A DNA stretch of 64,000 nucleotides. Source: Oikopleura dioica. Its lineage: Eukaryota > Animalia > Chordata. Shown here piece after piece: positions 38,237-50,520 of this stretch. The stretch lies in NCBI GenBank assembly GCA_907165135.1, contig OU015568.1:3720001-3784000 (forward strand), written 5' to 3'. The notes under the pieces are model-generated. The model saw only the letters and a list, made by a program, of their open reading frames with translations, had not been told where the DNA came from and searched no databases. The stretch's first letter is position 1. Every line of letters begins with the position of its first letter. The translations under genes and the position numbers were made by a program.

Positions 38237-39390
38237 GGCTCCAGTTATGGCTATCCCCTTAATTCTTTCAAGAAAATAAACAGTAAATCCTTAATCGATT
38301 TAAAAAGCAGCATTGTTAACCTTATTAACCGCCGCCATAAGGATATTTATGATCCCATAAGGAGCCTTTAAATCGCAGCCTGTCAATACTGTAACGAACC
38401 ATCATCCATTCGCTCTTGCACATTACTGTTAGGACAATCGATTTGTCTGCGACTTATTGACCTTATTCTAAGTGCTGCGACAGTAACTGTGAACTCCACG
38501 GGAGCTTCTTTGACCTGTCAAATTGTTTTACTGGGCGGTGTTTTGAAGGGTAATCCGATAGAACTCGAGCACTTTTTGTTTTCTCACACTTTTGAGAATT
38601 CGAAAATGTGAAAATTTTGAATTTTATGCTTCGGCGTTTTTTGTTTCCCGGGAAGTGGGGGGATCGCCTCTTGATTTTCAAGGAGTGCCCTTTGAAGGTA
38701 TATTTTGATGAATTATTCTTTTTGTCCCTGAAACTACTGACCTCGGGTAATTTTATTATGATTTGATTTTGGCAAAAAATAATGCTTCAAAGAATATTTG
38801 AAGATGATAAATTTATACTGTAAATAAAGAATGGGATCATCTCTTTTCAAGAAATATAAAAGATGATCACAAGTTTATTTACAGTATAAATTTACTAACC
38901 GATGAGAGTTCTTTGAAGCGGTATTTTTTGCCGAGATCAGGTCATAATGAAATAACTATATGATAGTTACAAAGGTCGAGATTTTACAAAGAAGTTGTAC
39001 AATAGACATTTTATCATTTGTTTTGATAAAAGGTGATCAACCAGCTTTCGCGGTCTACACCCTTATATGCAAAACAATAAACGCCGATTAAAATCCATCA
39101 ACAACCCATTTTCCAATCGTCCTATGATCAAAAATTCATAAGCCCACGTGCGATATTGATCTTTTGCCCCTTACTTCAAAGCCACTTACCGGGCGAAACC
39201 GATTAGATCCGCTGCAATCCTTTTTAAAACCAACAAACCAAAAATTTTTGCAATCGCAAATTGAAATTTCCTCCTTTTTGCGGGTCAGTGATCACGAGCT
39301 GACCGCGATGAAGGGCCTTTTTAAGGGTTTACCTAGGTTTATTCTAATTGGCTTGTTTCAAACTCAAATGAAGCTTTCCTTCGATCTGCT

Positions 39391-42300
39391 ATGCTTGGAC
39401 AAACTGCTTGGATAACCTGGATTTTGGCTGCTTTTGGAAATGGACTCGCCGCTGCTCAACAAATTTCAAGAATCTATACACCTCAGGTACAATAATCAAT
39501 AAGCCTTTTGAACCGCGACCATCATGTCCTATTTAAAAACTGAAAATTATGATAGACATATTTAAACATTTATGCAATTCCTTTGGTCGTCACTGGAACT
39601 CATTTAATGTGGCTTGGCCCGGCGCCACTTTATCGCCCCGTCATTACACTTTCTTGTCAAAAACGTTCAATAAGAAATTCTCCCTGTGAATTTGAAACAT
39701 ACAGTAATTACAAGGAATTCCCAGAGGAAATGGACAGAATTCCTTCTTTTTTACCTGTGTTATCCACAGTTTTGCGGCTTTGCAATCCCTAAATTGCCTC
39801 TTTAGGGATTCAATTAGGGGATGTAGCGCTATATTGGGGGTCCCACGGCTCCAAAGATTAAAGACTGGGCTGCTCCGCCCATAATTAGCGATAAAGCTTG
39901 TCTTTGAACTTGTTTTTTTAGAACATTGGATCCTGCAAATTCGACCGTGTCGACCCCTGGTGCAACTTTCGCCAAGGAACCGAGGATGAGTTCGACTGGG
40001 AAATGGACGAGACCGACCCCGCCTCTGGCTTCGTTTTCGTAGATACCAACGTGCATGAGCAAGGGCAACAAGCTCGCTTATTCACACCCTCTATTGATTA
40101 CAAGGTACATCACGATCACTGCTCCTCGGATTCTTGAAAGATGAATAGTCGGTAGACGCTGTAAAATTTGTCCGATTCATGGCGACCATAAAACAGCATC
40201 GCCGCTTTTTATGCATTTACCGAGCGTAATTTTTATGGACTCGCCCGATCAGACGAGCATTTGTTGTTTTACTACGCTGCTGTTTATTTAAACACCTTCA
40301 AACAAGTGCCATTATGTTCATTTTTTGTTGTAAAGAAAATTGTCCATTGTCGCCTTTTGAGGCTTGCGGTGGGCTATTTTAAACACCGTCGGGATTTAGT
40401 AGTAGCGCCGAGGCATTTTTCAAATTCGAAATTCAAATTAACCCTTTTGTTCGCGTCTCCGAGCTGACGGCACCTGTAAGCCCGGCACTTATTCTTTTTC
40501 TGAAGACTTCAGGATTTTAATCTCAAGCGTACTTGATGATCATTCGATATAGATTAGTGGAGAGCTATCAAATGCCTCCTAAGCCCCGGATTTAATTGAG
40601 CTGGCCGAAAACTCATCGTTTATTTTCAAGGATACGCATTGCGTCTCGTTCGACTTCAAAATCACCGGCCATGGAGAACTGTCCGTCTACGTCATTCGTG
40701 ATTTCTTTGTCTACTCTCAGCCAGTCTGGTCCTCCCAGTCCATCACCACCGATTGGACCACCGTCCAGCTGGCCCTCTCGCCGCAGTCCTACAAAGTAAG
40801 CACCTTTTGCCTAATCCTTCGTGGGAGTGTAATCCTGGACTGTTTGATATGAGTTACTATAAACCGCTTTTGTCGCCCGACAGCGCATCAGATCAGAAAA
40901 TTGAAAAAGCCCGCAGGTTGGCCCAGGGCCAGCGTACCTCGCTACTAGTTTCACAGTTGGGCAGGCTTTGTATTTACGCAGACGCGACTAGCTGAATTGG
41001 ATTCTGAATAAAGTTGAATTGCTGGAAAAGCGCCAAAACATCTTGATAGGTGATTTGAGCGTAAAAAGGGCTGAATTTTCAAATAATAAAACAATGTTTT
41101 ATTAAAACATCCAATTAACCATCCCAAAGCGACCAATTAACCCCCAATTAGTAGCTCACAAGTTGTTGCTGTTTTCAATTAAATTAATTTTCCCCATTAT
41201 AGCTCGTGTTCGAAGGTCGTATCCTCTCGCGTTCGAACGGCATAATTGCCCTGGATAACATCGACGTACAGTATCAATCCTGTCGCTCGGCCCCTCACTT
41301 CCTTCGACTTGGTGATACCGAGGTCAACGAAGGACAAAGTGCAGAGCTTCAATGTATCGCGAATGGCGATGCTTCGTGGGGACAAAACATCAGGCTTCAG
41401 AAGTTTTCATCTGGAATGGAGGAGAAGATTTTCCGAAGTCACAACATGGTCAACTTCCAGAGCGCGAAGTTTATCTGGCCGGCGATTGGGACTGCTGACG
41501 CTGATAAGATCAGGTAACTTCCTAATTCACTCTCATGAAATCCGATTATTTCCACGACGCCAAATTATAACCATCTTTTTAGGTGCGTTGCATCGAATGC
41601 CACCGCTGCTGGAGTCTCGAACTACGCAGAACTCAAGGTTCGCCGCCCTCCAGTGCCCATTGGAGCACCTGAGGTCGACTCTGCTGGTCCTACTCACCTG
41701 ATTGTCCGGCTAAATGTCGATCCGAAGGACCCAGAGACCTACATCGGCGATGGACCCGTCACCAACATCGAATTCCGCTACAAAAAGGTCGAGAGCGCGT
41801 GGGAGGACGGCCACGACGTTCCTTTGGCGACGTACAATGGCACTTACCGAATCTGGCATCTCGAACCGGACACGCTTTACATGCTCTGCGTCGTGCTCGA
41901 GCGTCCTGGCCCGGGCGGAACTGGCAAGCCAGGCCCGTGCCTTGAGATACGGACCAAATGTGCAAAGCCGATGCCGCTGACTCAGATAACCGTAAGTCCA
42001 TACAAGGGGCAGGTTGTTTCTGAAACGGCGCAGGGGAACTATGCGGATAATCTGCTCGTCAGATGGGCCAAGCCTACGCCCAGACATGCTGGCTGTAGAA
42101 CTTGGGGTTACGTGCTCAAGTGGCGGCAAGTTGGAGGCTTTTGGAAGACTCAAGAGCCAGAATCCAATCGAACCATCATCTCGAATCTGCGCGCTGACAC
42201 GCCGTACGAAGTACAAGTCTCGATTCGGAATATGGTTGGCACGACTGACAGCCTAGTCATCCCGACGAAGACTAATGACGGCCTGCCAGAGCCGATTCCA

Positions 42301-45300
42301 TCTTTTAAAATCAAAGTAATCACGACTGAGGAAAGCATCATTGTTCAATGGCCTCATCCAGCCGTTCCAAACGGCGACATTCTTGCCTTCAAGCTTGGAT
42401 ATGCCTTCTTCGATGCGTTTGACGGACCACGTGATTTCCATCCAGGACCACCGTTTCAAGGCGAATTCCAAATCCCAGCGAGTCGTAATGTCTATGAAAT
42501 CGCAAATTTGCCACCTGGAACGACCTACAACTTGACGCTCTCCGCAAAAACTTCCGCTGGATTCGGAAGGCCATCTGAATTTGTTGGAACGACGAAGATC
42601 GGCAGTCCTAAGTGGACAGGCGCGTACGATGCGAGAGAATTCAGCACGAATGAGGACATTGTGGTCACTCTTCGAGGCGCTGATGGTAATGGCGCACCTG
42701 TCAGCCACTACAATGTGGTCGTTGAAAATGCGGAGAATAATACCAGAAGGAGGAGGAAACGATCTTTGTCCAGCAAAAACGGCTGCTTTGATCGCTCAAT
42801 CGACTACGAGACGTATCTCAAGACCGGGGCCGAATACTACTTTGCCGCGGAAATCGACCAACGATACTTTGAGGAACGCCAAATGGAGATTCCCTTCCGC
42901 GTCGGGGATAACAATACCTACAATGGATTCCGGAACGCGCCCCTTCCTCCTGGCAAGAAAGTATCAATCTGGGTCCAAGCGGTTTCTATTCAACCCGGAT
43001 GTAACTATTCACGCGGCCAACACTGTGATCGTAACGTCAAATGTCAGGTGGTGGCCACCCGGGGCGTTAAACCGCCTCCACCACCAGTCGAAGACATGAA
43101 TAATTCAAACTCCGAGAGGATTTACACAGACAAAACCGCAACCAAAGATGGCGAAACCCTCGCGACAACGAGCATCATGCTCTACGGTGGTGTTTCTGTT
43201 GCTCTCTTGCTTCTTCTTTTCATCTTTGTCGGATCCGTTGTGTGCTTCAGGAGACGAGCACTGGCTATGGGACCAGAACGATATCGAGTCCAGAGTCCAG
43301 TCGACTTTGGCAACCGAACGGATGGAATGTACAGTGATCATAGTGATATCAAAAAACCTCCGAGCTCGTATCCGACAGAAAAGACGCCTTTAATGCCTGA
43401 TTTGGTCGATTACCCGTCCAGCTCGCGGAAATCTGAGGCAGAGGACTTTGCCGTCCGAGTCGAAGACTTCCCCATCCATGTTTCCCAAATGCGAAGCTCA
43501 AGAACTTATTCATTTGCGGACGAATTCGAAACGCTCCCAGAAGGAAACACGGCATCTTGGGATGTGGCCCAAAAACCCGAAAATATCCAGAAAAATCGCT
43601 ACACGAACATTCTTCCTTACGATCATTCCCGTGTCGTTCTTCGATCGAATACGCAAATCGCGAATTCTGGTGATTACATCAATGCTTCGTGGATTTCTGG
43701 CTATGGCTTGCGATACATCGCTGCTCAGGGACCGACGGAAACGACCATACCCGACTTTTGGCATTGCATCTGGCAAGAGAACATCCGTCTTCTCATCATG
43801 GTCACGGGATTGGTTGAAGTTGGGAGAAGAAAATGCCATCAGTATTGGCCAAATGAAATCCGGGGCATCGAGAGATATGGCAACTTTTCAGTCGAGCTTA
43901 TTTCCGAACAAGTTCTTGCTCACTACACTCTTCGCGAGTTCAAGATCTGCCTTGGCGGCCTAGAACCACGAATCATTAGACAGATGCAGTTCCAGAGCTG
44001 GCCAGATCACGGCGTTCCAACTCGACCAACCGGCCTGCTTCATTTTGTCCGACGATCTGCCCAACTCAATCCCGATTATCACCCTGTTTTAGTCCACTGC
44101 TCGGCCGGTTCTGGCCGATCCGGGTGCTTTATCGTTCTTGACTGGATGTTGAGAATGGCGGACAGTGAAGGACTACTGGACATTTACAATACCGTAAAGG
44201 AATTGAGAAACAAGCGGGTTAATATGGTTGCGAATCTGGAACAGTACATCTTCCTACACGATTCTTTGCTCGAAGCGGTGCTTTGTGGCGAAACTGGAGT
44301 TCAGGCAATGGACTTGAGTAGTCATTACGACAACTTGATTACTGTTACAGGTATGAATTCAGTTAAAAGAGTTTTTCTCACCGAAACTGAAGGCGGCGGC
44401 GCTCCCATTCAAGAAGAATTCGAAACGCTGGCTGTCCTGACACCACGACTGACAACAGAAGAGTGCCAAACTGCTCGTCTCGCGCGAAACCGAGTTAAAA
44501 ACCGCTTCCAAGATGTTCTCCCAGCGGATCGAGATCTTCCCTATCTCATAACCCCTGATCCAGGTTTGAGCAATTATACGATCGCTGAGCCTATAATTTA
44601 TAATTTTAAGCTGGATCTGATCCATCTCATAATTACATCAACGCCGTTTTCGCCGATAGCTTCCTCGTCAAAAGGGATTTGATTATCACACAAATGCCGC
44701 TGCCTCATACTGGTAAGCAAATTGAATTTGGAAGTCCGGATGTTTATTAATTACTCATTCAGTTGGGGATTTCTGGCGACTTGTGCACGACTACAGCGTG
44801 TCGGTGGTCGTCATGCTGAATGACGCGAGCGAGACAGACGAGACATGCGCAAACTATTGGCCCGCCGAGCAGACGAAGGAGACTTACTCAGCTTTCACTG
44901 TCGAGTCGCTGGACAAGTCGGATGAAATCGAACTTGTCAGTCGAACTCTCAAGTTGACCAATTACTACAGGTAAAAGAAAGCCAGTATGACCTCTCTCCA
45001 ACCCTTCTTTTCAAGGTCAAACGATCCAGCAAAAGAAGTCAAGCTCCTTCAACTATCAAACTGGCCTGCTGGTCAGCCCGTTCCATCATCTCGAAACGCC
45101 GTCCTCCGCTTGGTCTCTCTTATTGATCAACATCGATCAACCCTGGTAAGGTGTCACGTATTAAACAGTTACCTAACATCTTACTTCAGCCTCCCGGAAG
45201 TCGGGTTCTACTTCATTGTGTCGCCGGAGCTGGAAAATCTGGCACTTTTGCGTCATGTTATAATGTTATCCAGCAGCTCAAGTCCCTCCAAACTGCGGAT

Positions 45301-45463
45301 GTTTTCAGGTAAACCTACGTCTCAAACTGTCACTTTTCAACCTATTTTTTCTAGTTCGGTATTGCAACTGCGCGCAGTTCGCCCCCAATTGGTCGAAACC
45401 CTCGAGCAATACCGCTTCATTTACGAAGTGGCGATGGAATACGCCGATTGCGAGGCAATCTGA
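39391..45463 (+). CDS. Receptor protein tyrosine phosphatase, R2B subfamily (PTPRM/K/T/U co-ortholog): MAM-Ig-FN3x4-TM-D1-D2
   Basis: Signal peptide MLGQTAWITWILAAFGNGLAA; MAM end GIIALDNID; Ig PHFLRLGDTEVNEGQSAELQC; furin site RRRRKR; TM; D1 KNRY, WPDHGVP, VHCSAGSGRSG; D2 LHCVAGAGKSG. Confidence 0.92.
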
Positions 45464-46036
45464 AGGCTTCCAAAGCTGTTATAATTATTATAAGAAACTG
45501 CAGAAACTTCTTCAACGTTCCACTTGACTGGACTCAAGAGACTGCTCTTCCGACTATCGTGAAACTCGCAAACTTTCCAGCTTATTGTTCAAAATTTGAG
45601 TTAAAAACGAATCTGAACTGCCCAAAAACAACAATTATTTTACGTACTTCTACCCTTACTTCCCCTCTCCAATTACTTCCAATACAGTATTGTATGCCTA
45701 TCAATTCTAACTGTAACTTTTTTCCGCTCTATAAAACCTTTAAAACTGTAAAACTTAAACTTATCAACTTCTGAATTTAGCTATAATTACTTCTGACTCA
45801 AGTTACTGTACAAATCTTTTTTTTTACAAATATTTTACTGCGCTTCCGCAAAAAAACGCAACTCAACGTTCCGAAAAATTCACCGTTCAGCCTAACTAAT
45901 CTTATTGTCTTTTAAGTCAATAGGCTAGTTCTTTTACCGAATAAATACAAAACAACAAAACCAGTCTTCTTCTTTTTTCAGTTTAAAATCGAGATGAAAA
46001 TTATAGATGCAGCACTAGACATTTGTATTTTGGAGA

Positions 46037-47402
46037 ATGACAATAAAGGAGGATTTCATAACTCGTCGGAGAAAACCGTATCGTTTGAAAACAACTGAGC
46101 CGGGTTTTAAGTCACTTTCCGAGCTGATCTCCTCCCTTCCATCATCATTATCCCGAGGAGCAGCTCATCTTTTTGCATTTCTTCATTGTCTCGATCCAGA
46201 ACACTGTTTCGTTTCAATCCCGCTCCAAGAAATCAAGGAAGAAAAAAAGCCAAGAATGATTTACCTCAACAAAAATAACCTCGGATCATGGGAGTTGCCT
46301 TTGTACCGGTTCGTCCAAAGTGTGAGATTGAAAACACTGGTTGTTCATGAAAACAGTTGGCTTGGAAGACTGATGCCTAATTCGCCAAAAATCGTCCTTT
46401 TCGACTCCTGGAATTCGGAAATACAGCTCCCAAAGGCGAGTTTATTCATTATTCTGGTCTGTTATTAAAAATATAGGACGAAAACACGCGAGTTGAAACG
46501 TCTTTCGCGACCAAAGTTTTTGCTCGTCCACGAAATTCTCTTCATAAGAAACTTCCACTATCGAGGTTGAAAAAGCACGTCTTCCATGTTATTTCTTGCA
46601 GTTCAACGCACGACGCTGATATGATCCGTTTTCTTCAACCCGAATGCCCAGTTTACTTTTTCGATGCTCCTCGTCTTCTCATCGCTGTCAATAATTTTTA
46701 CCGCTATCACCAACTTCCTGCTCATCCTGAATCCTCAAAAGATTTTCTTTCCCTTATTTCTTCCCAGAAAACGATTAATACTCAACCCATTCCCTCCTCA
46801 ATACCTTCCTCAAACCCTTTCATGGAGCTGCTACCACATGCTGGTCTTCTTGGACTCGTTTCTTTGGGAATTTATGAATCTTTGGTGAATGAAAATTCCT
46901 GGATTTCCTCAGCAGATCTAGTTGAACATGTGGTTACCTTGCATAACTGCCTCAATATTGATGATCTGCTTTCGATATCAAATGTTCCAGGTGACTTAAC
47001 AAGTCCAGATCGATTCTAAGTTGGCCTTTAGAAACTTGTCAAGATGTACAAGAGTATTTCTTGCATCAAATTCGCAGCTTGTGGAAAGAAGGATACCTCG
47101 TCTCTGAAAACTCGACCCTGTTCTCTGGCTGGTGGGATCTTGAACAAGACCAGTCTTCCGGCCAAAAGCTCTTTGCTATAAATTCTGAGAAACAGCATAA
47201 ACAGTCTTTATACGCCTTTGGTCTTATCATTCAGCCGTTTTTGGAAAGAATGATGGATTTTTGCGCTAGAAGACTAAAGAAACTTGATGTTGAAGAATTT
47301 GGGAGGGAAAATGAGTGGCTCAAAACTCAGGAATATGAAGATGAGGAGTTGTTTTTGACTGAAACGCTTGATTTACTGATTTATTACGATTTACGGAAAT
47401 AA
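46037..47402 (+). CDS. Divergent, C-terminally shortened CDC45-like protein (tentative)
   Basis: Ordered blocks resembling CDC45: AAHLFAFLHCLDPEHCFVSIP; HVISCSSTHDADMIRFLQPECPVYFFDAPR..VNNFY; LGIYESLVNE...EHVVTLHN; RVFLHQIRSLWKE; LYAFGL. Confidence 0.5.
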
Positions 47403-47562
47403 ATATCAATAGTCAGTACCTGAAATACTTTTTATTGGCGCGATGGATCTATGTAACCGATTTTCTCACTCCTTTGAGAATTTTGGTCATCTTTGATAAC
47501 TGACACTTTTCTTTCTTACGCAGTTTTCAATGATCTTTATTTAGATTCGGTTCGATAGAAAC

Positions 47563-49197
47563 ATGAATACAGACGGCTGTGCAAGCCTATCTGAAAGACA
47601 GATTGGAAGCTCTTCCTTGGAGATCGACTTGGAGCTGCGACCACCCGAAAACTCCGATACTGAATCAGAAGGAACTGATTCCTGGCCCGAGGCAAGTGAC
47701 GTCGAGAGAGATTACGTCTCTGAGCCAGAAGCGAGGACAGACTCTAAATCAGACTCCGACACTCTTTCCGAGTCAGACGAGTCTGATGACGAGTTGGAGG
47801 ATGATCTTCTAGCAGGACGAGGGGAATTTTCTGAAGAAAATATTCGCGAAAGCTTTGCACTCGGCAATGAGATGAGAATTTTGAGCTTGGATGAGTTGAG
47901 AAGGTACGAAGAAGGATTTGGCCCCGAGGATAAGAGGCCTAAATACGCTCATTTGATCGTCGAGGATGATTTACAGAGAGAAGAGCGGACAGAATCTCAC
48001 AGACGGCTAGAAATTGCAAGCACTGTCAAACAAATAACGTACGTTTGTGCCCTTTTTCTTCAAAAATCAAATAAAATTCAGAGAATACGGGGTAATGAAC
48101 CGAAAACTGCTGGATCTCTACAGTCAGTTTCAGGAGAAAGAGAAAGAAGTCTTCGACAAATTTGAAGAAAAAATTGAACGGTCTGAAAGGCGAAGAATGA
48201 AGCAGAAGAAACAAGCTGATAAAGAAATTGCTCGCCTTGAGCTCATGATTCTGAACAGAAAAGCAAAGCTGGAACGAATTTCTAAAGAAAAAGCCGTCGC
48301 GGAAGCAATTGCAGAAGCATCTTTGCCTGAGACAGACGCTGAGAAAGCAGCTCGGCTGGCACAGTTTATCAGTGGCACGAGTGATGACGAGAACGACGCA
48401 GAAGATACAGAAGAAGAGGAGGAAGAGAAGGAGACGGAAGAAGAAGTAGAGGAGGAAGAGAAGGAGACGGAAGAAGAAGTAGAGGAGGAAGACGACAATG
48501 ATGAGGAAGAAAATGAGGACGGCAAGTTAGAGGACACCCTGCCCTTGGAACCCGCCCTCGTTGACGAGCAAATACCATTGGAGCCGAGCAATGAAGAAAA
48601 GGATGAAAGCACTGGTGCGAATTCCGAAGCAGATGCAGTTTGCGGTCCAGAATCCTTGTCAGAAAACGACGGAGAAGCCGCGCTAGAGAAGGACGAGCAA
48701 TATGAAGAAGACAATCCAAGTTCGAACGTTAAAGAAGAGCCTTCTCGAGAATCAGACAAAATTAAAGAAGAGTTTGTGGGCTTCAACCAGCATCAACACG
48801 ATCTTCTTATGTCAAGTAATAAATTGGAATTATAGCTCCATTTCTTTATCATTGTTCTAGTGATCAAGAAGAACGAGGCTCCTGCACCAGGGAATCCTCA
48901 AGAAGCCGTCATCATCATCAGTGACGATGATGAAGATACACCAGCTCCTGCAACGGCTCCAGTTGAGATGATTGAATCGATAATCATCTCGGACAGTGAT
49001 GAAGAGAATGAAGAGCCTCGAGAACGGCCCGAAATGTATTTTCCAGTCCCAGGTTTAAATAAATACGAACTTGGCCTTATGAAAGATGGTGCGTTTTTTG
49101 AATTCTTTTTCTTCTTTTAGCAATATTTTTAGCTGGTAAATTCGCGCCAGATGAACGCAAGAAACGAAAAACACCCCGGAAGAACTACAAAGAATAA
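47563..49197 (+). CDS. Acidic coiled-coil nuclear protein with two SIM-like motifs and a basic NLS
   Basis: E/D-rich exons 47563-48835; VIIISDDDE and IIISDSDEE; C-terminal RKKRKTPRK; stop 49195-49197. Confidence 0.6.
48414..48490 (+). repeat. Coding 33-bp tandem duplication (EEEEKETEEEV x2)
   Basis: gaggaggaagagaaggagacggaagaagaagta repeated in tandem; boundaries approximate. Confidence 0.75.
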
Positions 49198-49395
49198 ATA
49201 GAAAAATAGTCTCCTCTCACTGCTGAAAAAGCTCATTCACTGTCGTTATTTTTGAAGTTCAAAAGTGAAAGTTTTAAAATTTGAAGTCCAATTTTCACAA
49301 TTATACCTTGCACAAACCCTTGGACCTGTCCTGTGCTTATTTTACTGAAAAAATAAAGATGAGAAAACATTCACTTATACTGTCTCAATCCTAGA

Positions 49396-50493
49396 ATGTC
49401 GGCTTCGGATGTTGCGAAAGAAAAAGAAATGCTCAAGCGAGATCTTTACAAAGAACTCGGAGTAGCTCGAAATGCGTCTGATAAAGACATCAAAAAGGTA
49501 CCAATAAACTGCCCTTACCAAAATAACCTCGTAATAAGGCATACAGAAACAAGGCCAGAGATGTGCACCCGGATAAAAATCCGTCTCCCGAAGCTGCCGC
49601 CATTTTCCACAAGCTCAAGGAAGCATTCGACTTTCTCAAAGAGCCTCAAAATCGAGCAAAACTGGACATGCATCTCGACAACTGGCAAAAACAGCAGGAA
49701 AGGAAGTGGTTAAATAATTCACTGAGGTTCTACCAAAGATCGAAAGGTTTAACCATGAAAAAGAGCTGAAAAGATGGACTCAGTTCTTCGCGAAAAACGA
49801 TCAGAAATGGACAGAAGAGAAGCAGCTGCAGAAGAACGCGAGAGACTCCAGAGAAGAAAGACCGTCAATCGAGCTGGTAAGTGTTCTCTCTTTTCTCCCT
49901 CTATTTGTCGTCATTTTCATTCACGTCATCCTCCTAGAGCAGATAAAGCGCCTCCGGGCAGAGGGTCAAAACTTATTGGAAAGAGCTCAAGCTCAATACC
50001 GGCTGAGCAAGAGAAGAGTTGGCAAAACAGACGATATCGCACGATTGAGAGTGAGCTGGAATCATGAACACTATCAATTCTCGGCGGAAGAGATTAAAAA
50101 GCATTTGGGTGCTTGTGGCTGCGTCTTGAGCACGAAGAAAAAAGGTGTCGCCGCCGTAGAGTTTTACACGTACGTCACCTCCATATTCCCTCTTTTTTAA
50201 AGGTAGTTCTAGAATGCAGCAAGCCGTTGCCGCCGAGTTCAAAGCAAAGCGCCTACTTCAATGCCCTCTCGAAGTGAAATGGCTGACTCAGCAGCCGACA
50301 AACTACGCTGAATCGCGCGAAAAAGCACGACAAAAGACCTACTCGAGTAAAGAAATGCGTGCTTTCGAAGCCTACCAAGAAAATGTTCTCAAACGATGCG
50401 AGGGTTTTCAACTCTAGAACCGTTCTTTTACTGCCTAATTATCGATTGTCAAAATAAACAGATACTACTGTTACTGTACCGCTCGATACTTAA
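49396..50493 (+). CDS. DNAJC17: DnaJ homolog subfamily C member 17 (J domain + RRM-like); 3' end uncertain (50417 or 50493)
   Basis: DLYKELGV...HPDKNPSPEAAAIFHKL J domain; RLRVSW...LSTKKKGVAAVEF resembles DNAJC17 KLKLKW...LSSKKPGTAVVEF. Confidence 0.82.
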
Positions 50494-50500
50494 TTCGATG

Positions 50501-50511
50501 CTTATTTTCAG
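50501..50511 (+). promoter_or_regulatory. Putative spliced-leader trans-splice acceptor of ARCN1
   Basis: CTTATTTTCAG 9 nt before the ATG, within about 20-95 nt of the DNAJC17 stop, so there is little room for a promoter or upstream exon. Similar TTTTTTCAG just before ATG 33706. Confidence 0.5.
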
Positions 50512-50520
50512 ATTAACAAA

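Noticed and set aside
39368-39415. First ATG upstream of the PTP gene
   Set aside because: Closes after 15 codons; ATG 39391 gives the signal peptide. At most a short overlapping uORF.
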